Shown piece after piece: positions 21,517 to 29,389 of a stretch of 40,543 nt of DNA. The stretch comes from a virus. The translations under genes were made by a program, and so were the position numbers. Below the pieces are notes generated by a model, which saw only the letters and a list, made by a program, of their open reading frames with translations, had not been told where the DNA came from and did not search any database. Position 1 is the stretch's first letter, and each line of letters starts with the position of its first letter. The DNA is taken from the IMG/VR virus record IMGVR_UViG_3300002460_000077, positions 1-40,543 of that record; one strand, given 5' to 3'.

Positions 21517-23031
21517 TTACGCCTCCAGTTCTTCTTCCAGCTCTGGGCTTACCAGGAGCGGGGCATTGTCTATGATTACAATTTCAATCTGCCGTTGGTA
21601 ATAGCTCCCGTTTCTTCTCCACCGCACGGTAAACGTGGTATCGTCAATGGCGGTTATTGACCCGGTTCGATACGAGGCCCAGGTATCAGACCCGTTGTCC
21701 CTGTATCGCAGTTGTACAGTTAATGGTTCAGGGGTGGCAGGGATAGCCGCAGTTCTTTTAACGGTCAGTGTGTATTCCGAGGAAAACTTGCGGATTGCAG
21801 CTGTTCCGTGGTCAAAACTCCCTGTCCTGATTACTGTCCTTATTTGGGCTGCGTTAGATTCGACAAGATAATAATTGTCAGCTTCGTCCACATAATAATC
21901 GCCAGCTTCGTCAACCAAATAATCTCGATTTCCATCAGTGGCGTGATCATCTCTCAGCCGATAAACAACCCCATCCGCTTTGCTCCCGATCAGGTGGTAA
22001 TTCCACGTGTCTACAAATGCTGGCCTCTGGCCAGCGAACCTGGAGTACGCCGACCCGTCCCATGCACTCCACTCGTACCATGCCCCCCTTCCTTGATTTC
22101 CGAGAATGTCAAAGACGATTGTCTTCCCTGCCGTGGGGAGCTGGATCAATACAATATGACGGCCAGCGATGAAAATGTAATCTAAATCTGCATCCGAAAG
22201 CGTGTCTTGATCTTGCAAATATTTGGACAGCGATTGCGGGACACCGGCTGGCAACGGCTCAATCGTGCTCCCGCTTAAACGCACCAACTCGCGCCGTTGG
22301 TTGATCCAATAAAACTGATTGATCGCAAAACAGAAAGCATTCGGACCGATGATCCCGCCCTCTGAATAATGGCCGTTATATTCCGGTACAAAAGGGGTAA
22401 GCCCATCATCAATCCAAACCTCAAGACTATCTGTACCCCAAAGCCATAGGCGGTCATTTCCCACAGCAATGGCCTTTAGGTCATCTGGGATTCTCTCCGG
22501 GGAGGCAAAGGTATTACTCCAGCTCGTCGCATCGCCTGAGTCGGAATACTCGAATGTTTCCGGCAGGCTGGTGTCCAAGGCAATCAGCTTTTTATTCATG
22601 GTAGCGATATGGCTTACGGTTGTCGGAGCGTCGCCGTCTGTGAGATATGAAGCATTGCCAGAGGTGGGGATAGAGATAATCTTGCCGCCGTTTGCAGCGT
22701 AAAGAGCAGTAGCCCAGGCGGAAAAATAGACCTTTTTGGAAAGTTCAGGGACTCCGGTGCCGGTTATCGTTGAATTTGTCCCAGCTGCTGCGGTGATCTT
22801 CTTTATGGCTTGGTTCGCCACATGGACAGCGAAACCCGCCTTTTTCCACCAGAACATCCCGTCACAAGCCGATCCTGATTCAAGGTCCACCACCTGATCC
22901 AGCCCTGGCCGCTTCCACACCTTGTTGTTTTCATCGACATAGGCATCCTGAAGTACCGCCCCAAGCGTGCCGAGGCCAATTTCGTCTACGTTGCCGTAGC
23001 TGCCGAGATAAAGAGGTATTTTCTCAATCAT
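21517..23031 (-). CDS. Tail tube/nozzle-type protein (putative), 504 aa
   Basis: Position between the adaptor and fibre genes; Trp/Gly-rich repeats suggest a beta-propeller. Confidence 0.4.
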   Translation of the reverse strand: MIEKIPLYLGSYGNVDEIGLGTLGAVLQDAYVDENNKVWKRPGLDQVVDLESGSACDGMFWWKKAGFAVHVANQAIKKITAAAGTNSTITGTGVPELSKKVYFSAWATALYAANGGKIISIPTSGNASYLTDGDAPTTVSHIATMNKKLIALDTSLPETFEYSDSGDATSWSNTFASPERIPDDLKAIAVGNDRLWLWGTDSLEVWIDDGLTPFVPEYNGHYSEGGIIGPNAFCFAINQFYWINQRRELVRLSGSTIEPLPAGVPQSLSKYLQDQDTLSDADLDYIFIAGRHIVLIQLPTAGKTIVFDILGNQGRGAWYEWSAWDGSAYSRFAGQRPAFVDTWNYHLIGSKADGVVYRLRDDHATDGNRDYLVDEAGDYYVDEADNYYLVESNAAQIRTVIRTGSFDHGTAAIRKFSSEYTLTVKRTAAIPATPEPLTVQLRYRDNGSDTWASYRTGSITAIDDTTFTVRWRRNGSYYQRQIEIVIIDNAPLLVSPELEEELEA

Positions 23032-23716
23032 GCTCAGGCCCGAAAAAGACAGAAACTTGCTCCTGATCCCAACCTCTTAGCTCTGACAAAAGGTTGGCAG
23101 CCTCAGACTTTAAAATCGCAAAGTCTATAGATGATTTATACTGTGGATAAAGGATAACAGCAAGGTTCTTAACCAACGCCAAGTACCATTCTTGGGGGAA
23201 ATCCGGGGTGTCTCCGGTTGCATCAAAATCTTCAAGTGGCCGCTGAAAAGTCAGGTTAAGCAAAACATTTCCAGATGTCCCGGTGGGCCAAACATAAAGC
23301 ACCCCGTTGGCAAGTTGCGGGTCGTAATAAACCATGCTGGCCGGGGCTTGAGTGCTTTTCGTTGGGAGGCGCTTGTATTCCTCGCGGGAAACAACGTCAA
23401 TTTCTACCTCGTTGCCGCTGGAGTCCTCTCGGCGGCACGAAAGAAGTTTCAGGGGCCGGGCGGTATTAACATTAAGTGTCAGCCCCACGGTGTAGCTCTC
23501 TGTGCCAGCCGTCAGCGTGTGCTGCACATCCTTGGTGGGCCAAAGGTTGGTGTAAATCTGCCAGTGCTTTACCATCATGTTTAAGGCGCGGGCGCAATCG
23601 GTGGTCTCATCCGTGGTCGGAGACTCCCCGGTTCGCAATGCCTTAAGTTCAAGCAAGGCGTCCTTGATGATATTGTCGCGTGAGGTGCTAAAATCAACCG
23701 ATCCCGATGTGGTCAT
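23024..23716 (-). CDS. Head-to-tail adaptor (P22 gp4-like, tentative)
   Basis: N-terminal NIIKDALLELKALRTGESPTTDETTDCARALNMMVKHW parallels P22 gp4 DLVRAALRKLGV...DDLEAMMAEW. Confidence 0.45.
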   Translation of the reverse strand: MTTSGSVDFSTSRDNIIKDALLELKALRTGESPTTDETTDCARALNMMVKHWQIYTNLWPTKDVQHTLTAGTESYTVGLTLNVNTARPLKLLSCRREDSSGNEVEIDVVSREEYKRLPTKSTQAPASMVYYDPQLANGVLYVWPTGTSGNVLLNLTFQRPLEDFDATGDTPDFPQEWYLALVKNLAVILYPQYKSSIDFAILKSEAANLLSELRGWDQEQVSVFFGPEHD

Positions 23717-24324
23717 TACAAATCATCCTGCGTAATGGCGGTAGTCGCCGGGTAAATTGTCACAACCTGGACTGACCCGTCAAAATCCGTCGAAGGTGTA
23801 AGCCGGATCGTGTCCGTGGTGGCCGCTGCCGTAAAGGTGATGTCGCTCAATCCATCCTCAGTAATGGTCAAATCTCCATCCTCGGTCGTGGATGTCACAA
23901 GAGAAACAACCACGCTGCCAGCCGTCCGCCCGGTGGTCGTAATCTGCAACAGGTAATTAGCGGCATTTGTCATCCCGGTTACGGCTCGATCAAGTACGGC
24001 CGTCCCGCTGCCATGCACGAACTCATACGCCACATCGTCGTGTGTCCACCCGCTGCCAAGTGTCCATCCGGTAGTGGCAGAACAATCATCATTCAGCACC
24101 GCCGAAAAAGTCTCAAGCCGCGCGGTTTTCACCGCAATGCGGTCAGCCTTGCCACGCACAAACTCTTGCGGGTGCTGCGGCTCCCAATCCTTCCGGCAAA
24201 CCATGGCCCCATCCCAACGCTTGCGTATTTCGCTCTTGCGGTAAGTAAAGCCACATTCTTCGCAGACAACGTAATTGTCGCCAGCCCGGTAATGATCGCC
24301 GCTATTAGGGGAAGTTGTTTTCAT
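23716..24324 (-). CDS. Virion-module protein with an N-terminal zinc-ribbon-like motif, 202 aa
   Basis: CEECGFTYRKSEIRKRWDGAMVCRKDWEPQHPQEF; TAATG-coupled. Confidence 0.5.
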   Translation of the reverse strand: MKTTSPNSGDHYRAGDNYVVCEECGFTYRKSEIRKRWDGAMVCRKDWEPQHPQEFVRGKADRIAVKTARLETFSAVLNDDCSATTGWTLGSGWTHDDVAYEFVHGSGTAVLDRAVTGMTNAANYLLQITTTGRTAGSVVVSLVTSTTEDGDLTITEDGLSDITFTAAATTDTIRLTPSTDFDGSVQVVTIYPATTAITQDDL

Positions 24325-24935
24325 TTACCTACCGGCTGTGAAATGGCCATTTGAATTTCTGCCGTGTCGGTGTAGCTGTTAATCACAAGGCGGATTGCCC
24401 TTGCCCCGACAGACGCGCTTGCGGTGGTGTCTGCCGTCTTCCCAGATAATGCGGTGATCGCTATCCACTGCGCTGTCTCTCCGTCCTGGATGTCGTTGTA
24501 GGTCTCCAACACGGTAAAGTTAATCGTGCCGGTAATATCCGTGGCAATGGTACAAGCAGCTGTTGATTTTGCGTCAATCGGAATTGTCTGCGTTGCCACC
24601 TCGTCAACCCAACCAATATCAAAGGTATCTGCTCCTATGGTGGCAGAGGGCGTAACAGACGTAAGCGTCAGATAGTACCCGGACGATTCAACCGTAGCGG
24701 ATGTCCCAGGGGCATTAATGGTCTCGGTTTGCGCTTTACCATCCGGGCTTGTGCCAACCAAAACAAGTGTTTTTGCAGAATGGTCCGTCGCAGAGTCGTT
24801 CCTGATGCTTACTTGGTGCGCAAGGCTGTCCCCGGAAGTCGTTGCCGTTAGCGCAAAGTCTACACCGGTAGCGTTGCTTCTTAACCCGGTAAGGCTTGCA
24901 TTTGCAGGGTCAATATCAAAGACTTTTGGTCTCAT
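24321..24935 (-). CDS. Hypothetical virion-module protein, 204 aa
   Basis: ATGA-coupled stop; Thr/Ser/Ala-rich. Confidence 0.5.
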   Translation of the reverse strand: MRPKVFDIDPANASLTGLRSNATGVDFALTATTSGDSLAHQVSIRNDSATDHSAKTLVLVGTSPDGKAQTETINAPGTSATVESSGYYLTLTSVTPSATIGADTFDIGWVDEVATQTIPIDAKSTAACTIATDITGTINFTVLETYNDIQDGETAQWIAITALSGKTADTTASASVGARAIRLVINSYTDTAEIQMAISQPVGK

Positions 24936-24947
24936 CTTCTACTCCTT

Positions 24948-24969
24948 AAAAAAGGGGGCCGAAGCCCCC
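24948..24969 (-). terminator. Intrinsic terminator (GGGGGC-TTCG-GCCCCC-TTTTTT on the minus strand)
   Basis: Perfect 6-bp GC stem, tetraloop and T6 tract 15 nt after the stop at 24984. Confidence 0.85.
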
Positions 24970-24983
24970 GTTATGGTATGAGA

Positions 24984-25964
24984 TTACGAGTCAGCCCCAA
25001 TTGCCGGAAGAACGAAACCAGAATTAGAAGTTCCGTCTCCGATATACAGATTGTTAAACAACCCATACTGTACCGCGTTGGCTGTTACCATGATGGCAGC
25101 GGCGATATCCAAGGCGCGAACGGTGTTGTTCTTGATAATCCCGCTCCCGGTAGTGGCAGTAGTCGATACCAATACCGCGCCCGTGGCGGTGTCTGTGTTC
25201 ACACAATGAACGTCGTTGTCGCTTATCAGCGCGGCGGTCATTACAAGAGCCGCATGACTCACAAGCTGAGACACGTTGTTTTGTGCCACGGTTTGAATAA
25301 CCCGGTTCCCTGTCACCGTTAGCCCGGTCATGGTATTAAGTACCACAATGGGAGCGGTAGACTTTGTGGTGGCGTCGGATTTAATATAACAATCCGCAAC
25401 CGTCAGGAAGTCAGAGTTGGTAGAAACGGTTGTTTTCACCGCCGACAGGAAGCCCAAAATGGCGCTGGTGTCGGTGAATGAGCAGTTTTCAATGGTGAAG
25501 TGTGCAGCCGCAGCCAGGGTGAATGCCGCCGCGATTGACAGGAAATTGCCGACAAACTTGCAATTCTGGATTGCCATGTTGTCAGCAGTAACCGGGATGG
25601 TTGCAGTGTTGGCGGTGGTAAAGGTAAAAGTCGGACGTTTGGTGCCAGAACCTAACCCAATGACCGCAACTCCGGCCACATCAAAATTAAGCGCGGTGGC
25701 AGACGCGACACTCTCCGCATGTCCTGGTTTAATGAAGATGACATCTCCACGATCTGCGGTACACTGAGACAGCGCATACTCAAGAGTGGAGAATGGGCTG
25801 TTAAAATCGCCTTTGTTCCCGTTTGACCCACCACGCTGCCCAGGCATAAGTCCGGTAGTGCCGTTATAAACCCAAAAAACCTTACCAGGGTGCGTCTGGA
25901 CGATAGGTACGCCGCGCAACATAACTCCGCTGGCGAACCCGTTAGGATAATTACTGATAGCCAT
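24984..25964 (-). CDS. Right-handed beta-helix (pectate-lyase-fold) protein following the capsid gene
   Basis: GDVIFIKPGHAE...ADNMAIQNCKF...HFTIENCSF...LTVTGNRV periodic repeats typical of parallel beta-helix proteins. Confidence 0.5.
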   Translation of the reverse strand: MAISNYPNGFASGVMLRGVPIVQTHPGKVFWVYNGTTGLMPGQRGGSNGNKGDFNSPFSTLEYALSQCTADRGDVIFIKPGHAESVASATALNFDVAGVAVIGLGSGTKRPTFTFTTANTATIPVTADNMAIQNCKFVGNFLSIAAAFTLAAAAHFTIENCSFTDTSAILGFLSAVKTTVSTNSDFLTVADCYIKSDATTKSTAPIVVLNTMTGLTVTGNRVIQTVAQNNVSQLVSHAALVMTAALISDNDVHCVNTDTATGAVLVSTTATTGSGIIKNNTVRALDIAAAIMVTANAVQYGLFNNLYIGDGTSNSGFVLPAIGADS

Positions 25965-26004
25965 GATATTTCTCCTGTGAACCCGTTAGGGTGCTTTATG
26001 CAAA

Positions 26005-26020
26005 GGGGCCTTTCGACCCC
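26005..26020 (-). terminator. Weak hairpin / possible attenuator after the major capsid gene
   Basis: GGGGTC-GAAA-GGCCCC (one mismatch) then TTTGCAT on the minus strand. Confidence 0.3.
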
Positions 26021-26076
26021 CTCACAGTTTGTCGGTTAGCAGCCTTTGCCGCCCTTCCCTTTCTTTTTAGTTTTCA

Positions 26077-26982
26077 TTATGCGCCCGCGCTCCCAAACAG
26101 CCCGCGAGGATCGGCCCAACCGTAACCTTTACGGATAGAACCTTTCATTTTGGCGTTTTCGGTGTCAAAGTCGTTGTCTTTGGCAAACTCCACCGCCCGG
26201 CGATTCTGTACAATCATGCCTTCGGGCGCGTTGGTCTTGATAAACCATGCGTCAGAGTCCGTCAGGTAGTGGTTAACCGCTACACCGTCAGGAAGCATGC
26301 CCATTTTCTTCAGGGCGTTGATGTCGTTGTTGGCCGAACCACTCTGTCCCAGAGACTCCAAAATGCGAGTTGCCTCAAAGGTCAGCTGCGGCGGGATAAT
26401 GAGTTTCTTGCCGATAAGGGAGATGCGAAGACCCTTAGAGTCGGTGGCCTGCATGATCTGGATCAGCAAGTCCTCAATGGACGCCTCGGACAGATCAGCA
26501 GCAACAGACAGAATGTTGCTCTGGTTTCCGTTTTCGTTCGGATGCGATGCACTGAGCAAACACACACCGTCGCCGCCGAGATATGAAGAGTTGAACGCAC
26601 GATTCAGGACGTTTGCCCCTACGTTCTCCTCAGTCTGCCGGATAGAAAAGGCAATGTACCGGCTGATCCGCATTGCAATGGACTCGTACTGGCCGTCCTC
26701 GATAGCCTCACGGGTAACGATGCCGCCGATGCCGTAAGTAATGTTATTAATCCGAGAAGTAAAGCCCTGTTTTGCGTCCTCAAAAGAAATGCTGTGCCCC
26801 TGCGATTTTACCGGGGCCAATCCGAGGCCGACATACTGGACGCGTTCCTCGTAGCTCTTATCCGAGGTTTCCGTATCGAAAATCTCGGTGAACTCGGTGG
26901 GATGCTCGTCATAATTATGGCCAAAATGGGCTTTTACGCCGGGCCAAAGGTCTTTGGGGTGTGCCCCTGTTGACATTACCAT
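26077..26982 (-). CDS. Major capsid protein
   Basis: 301-aa ORF after the scaffold-like genes with an AAGGAGA SD and followed by terminators; sequence style of HK97-fold coat proteins (inferred from position and size). Confidence 0.75.
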   Translation of the reverse strand: MVMSTGAHPKDLWPGVKAHFGHNYDEHPTEFTEIFDTETSDKSYEERVQYVGLGLAPVKSQGHSISFEDAKQGFTSRINNITYGIGGIVTREAIEDGQYESIAMRISRYIAFSIRQTEENVGANVLNRAFNSSYLGGDGVCLLSASHPNENGNQSNILSVAADLSEASIEDLLIQIMQATDSKGLRISLIGKKLIIPPQLTFEATRILESLGQSGSANNDINALKKMGMLPDGVAVNHYLTDSDAWFIKTNAPEGMIVQNRRAVEFAKDNDFDTENAKMKGSIRKGYGWADPRGLFGSAGA

Positions 26983-26994
26983 GATGTTATCTCC

Positions 26995-27609
26995 TTATGC
27001 CGCCGTGATTCCGAGGAATCTACCAGTGGTGTTTTCGTTGGTATTAATCAAAACTTCCCACACAGCGTCATCTGCCAGGGTATTATCTTCAACATCTTGA
27101 ATTCCGATGATGTGAAGTGTGAAGTTTTGCGTGGTGTTCGGAGCAGTGGTAGTGCCTTCATCAAGGTTGAACCCAGAAAGTCCGGTCGAGGTGCTGCCTG
27201 CCGCCGTGGCGATCATGACAGCATTCTGGCCGGGAAATACCGAGGTCGGAGTGCCGCCGCCGTCGCCACGGATCGCAAACACCAGATCGGCGGTGGCCCA
27301 TGCGATATACACATAACCGCCTGTAGATGCAGGAATGTAGACCTTGCCCAGGTCGTCAGGGTCAGGCTCGATACCGACAATAACGCCACGAATCAAGGTT
27401 CCAGCGGTGCCAGCAGAAGCGATGACGGTGGGATAACGCCCGGTGGGGTCTTTGTCCGCCAGGGTAGTAGAGAAAAGAACGGGGTCGCCGATGAAAAGTG
27501 CGGTGGCATAGTTCGCGCTCACGTAGCATTTCTGGATTGATCCGTTCCAAGGTGCGCCGCTGAGGTAGCGGACAGGCCGAAGCCCGAAAGAGGAAACAGT
27601 GTTTGCCAT
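26995..27609 (-). CDS. Head-module protein, possible decoration/auxiliary capsid protein, 204 aa
   Basis: Immediately upstream of the capsid gene; Gly/Thr/Ala-rich beta-type sequence. Confidence 0.35.
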   Translation of the reverse strand: MANTVSSFGLRPVRYLSGAPWNGSIQKCYVSANYATALFIGDPVLFSTTLADKDPTGRYPTVIASAGTAGTLIRGVIVGIEPDPDDLGKVYIPASTGGYVYIAWATADLVFAIRGDGGGTPTSVFPGQNAVMIATAAGSTSTGLSGFNLDEGTTTAPNTTQNFTLHIIGIQDVEDNTLADDAVWEVLINTNENTTGRFLGITAA

Positions 27610-27626
27610 GATAAACTCCTTACGCC

Positions 27627-28091
27627 TTAAGGCGTGTAATCAACAGTTTTAACGTAGGTGCCGCCCTTGTCAGGAGATACCCCATGATGCGACAACCCGG
27701 TAGGATTTCCACCGCGAATAGCCTCATCGACTTTGGAATTTGTTGCTTCTTTTTTGTCCTGGTCTTCCTTGTGGTACTTTTCGTCAATGGCCATCAGGTA
27801 GGCATATTTCGGCTGGCCACCCTTATGCGTGCCAACCAGCTTCTTGATAGCCCTGTCACGTTCCTGCACTTCCTTTCCTTCACCTACGGCCTCCGATCCC
27901 TTGGCCTGGATAAATTCATACCCGCCATCCTGGGCCTGTTCCAATCGTGACCCGTGATCATCATCGTTGATCCACCTGGGGACTTTTCCGGCTGCTTTTA
28001 ATTCTGCCTCTGTGTTGCGGTCCAGTGTCATTTTGCGACGAGGAACCCCAAACGGTACGCGCTCCCTTCTGTCCTGCTTGCCTCTTGCCAT
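27627..28091 (-). CDS. Head-morphogenesis-module protein, 154 aa
   Basis: RVPFGVPRRKMTLD...VPRWINDDDHGSRLEQAQDGGYEFI motif; Lys/Glu-rich. Confidence 0.45.
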   Translation of the reverse strand: MARGKQDRRERVPFGVPRRKMTLDRNTEAELKAAGKVPRWINDDDHGSRLEQAQDGGYEFIQAKGSEAVGEGKEVQERDRAIKKLVGTHKGGQPKYAYLMAIDEKYHKEDQDKKEATNSKVDEAIRGGNPTGLSHHGVSPDKGGTYVKTVDYTP

Positions 28092-28102
28092 GATCTTGCT
28101 CC

Positions 28103-28861
28103 TTATCCGGCGAAATACTCAGCCGCGTATTGCTCTTTGGTAAACTTGCGCCCTTTTTCCTCAAAATTCTTCGCCAGCCGGTCATACTGTTGCTGAGCTT
28201 CGCGGGGTACGTCAGAAAAATTTTTACCCCCTCGCTTGCTGCCGCCCGTAGGTGTTCCGCCTTCAACCGCGCCGGGTTCATCACGGCGGGGATTCGTAAA
28301 CTTATCCGGGCGGGCTTTTTTGATCCGCTCTGTAACGGCCTCATAGATTTCGGCCAGCGGCTTGCCGGGACTCTCTTTGACAATCTCGCCGCCGAGAAAG
28401 TCCGCGTATTTCGTCAATTCTGGGTCGGACTGATACCAGTCGTTTTTATCCCGCCATGAATCAAAGACCGGGTTCGGCACCGGTCCCTGCACCGGCACAG
28501 GTGGCGCAGGGGGCCGAGTGTTTGCTTTGGCCACTTTCACCTTCTGGAATGTTTCCGCATCCCCAGCCTGGAAAGCCTCAAGCTCTGCCGCGTCGAGGGT
28601 TCTCAGCTTTTCTTCATGCTCGGCTTTGGCTTTGGCGTAAGCATCGGCTTTGATCTGGTTGATCTCGTTCTGGTTGATCTTCAGGGCCATTTCCAGATCA
28701 GCTTTTGCTTTCTTGAGTTGGTCTTTGACAATGGGCAGGATGTTCTCCCCCCTGGACACATACTCTTCAGCAGGCACCCACTTTTCGGGGTCGCCTTTCC
28801 ATTGCTCCTTGGGGACGTGCCCCATTTCCGCTGCTCTTTCATCTACCGTCTTTTCGCTCAT
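28103..28861 (-). CDS. Scaffolding protein (putative)
   Basis: Long charged helical region KKAKADLEMALKINQNEINQIKADAYAKAKAEHEEKLRTLDAAELEAF; position between portal and capsid. Confidence 0.6.
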   Translation of the reverse strand: MSEKTVDERAAEMGHVPKEQWKGDPEKWVPAEEYVSRGENILPIVKDQLKKAKADLEMALKINQNEINQIKADAYAKAKAEHEEKLRTLDAAELEAFQAGDAETFQKVKVAKANTRPPAPPVPVQGPVPNPVFDSWRDKNDWYQSDPELTKYADFLGGEIVKESPGKPLAEIYEAVTERIKKARPDKFTNPRRDEPGAVEGGTPTGGSKRGGKNFSDVPREAQQQYDRLAKNFEEKGRKFTKEQYAAEYFAG

Positions 28862-29181
28862 GCCTCTACCTCCAAAATTGCTACAATGGCCTTGTCGTTG
28901 ATTAGTCGGTACTCCTCTCCATCTTTACCCTTAACCAGTGCGCCGTCATACCGATCATGGCGGATGCGATAGCCTACCTCCGGTCGAACCAACCAATCCG
29001 GGTCGGTAAAGGCGATAGATCCAATGGCCACAATTACCCCTTCTTCCTTGGAATACCTCTCCTTGTCCTGGGTCTGCTCGGTAAGGATAATTCCACCCGC
29101 TGAAACCTTCTCAACCGGGTCTGGCTTCACCAAAATCTTGTACTCCACCGGCCAAATCCCGCTTTTGTTCTCACTCATCAT
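28858..29181 (-). CDS. GroES/Cpn10-like co-chaperonin
   Basis: KILVKPDPVEKVSAGGIILTEQTQDKERYSKEEGVIVAIG...VGYRI...YDGALVKGKDGEEYRLINDKAIVAILE follows the Cpn10 pattern. Confidence 0.7.
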   Translation of the reverse strand: MMSENKSGIWPVEYKILVKPDPVEKVSAGGIILTEQTQDKERYSKEEGVIVAIGSIAFTDPDWLVRPEVGYRIRHDRYDGALVKGKDGEEYRLINDKAIVAILEVEA

Positions 29182-29389
29182 CTGCCTCCAAATTTTTTAT
29201 TTCCTCAACCATGTCAAACTTGCCCTTGTGGTACGCCACCAGACATGCCGTCTCCGATGGGTTCGGGGCCGACAGGTTCACCGAGTTGAGGCATGCCACT
29301 TGGCATTCCACTTGGTGCTCCTTGAGCCGAGCCAATACCGCCTTGGTCAACGGGTCCGCCTTCCATGCCTGCATTTCTTCCTTGGTCAT
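29171..29389 (-). CDS. Hypothetical protein, 72 aa, out of frame inside the portal 3' end
   Basis: ATG with a GAGG SD; helical, protein-like sequence; overlaps the portal ORF by 176 nt. Confidence 0.45.
   Translation of the reverse strand: MTKEEMQAWKADPLTKAVLARLKEHQVECQVACLNSVNLSAPNPSETACLVAYHKGKFDMVEEIKNLEADDE

Noticed and set aside
26031-26076. 13-aa Lys/Gly ORF (MKTKKKGKGGKGC) after the capsid stop
   Set aside because: Although its ATG is TAATGA-coupled to the capsid stop, there is no separate SD and it is very short. It lies between the capsid stop and a hairpin, so it is probably just spacer.
27961-28383. 140-aa minus-strand ORF overlapping the scaffold gene and the 154-aa gene
   Set aside because: It is out of frame across two coupled, better-supported genes and is an Arg/Ser/Lys-rich shadow frame.
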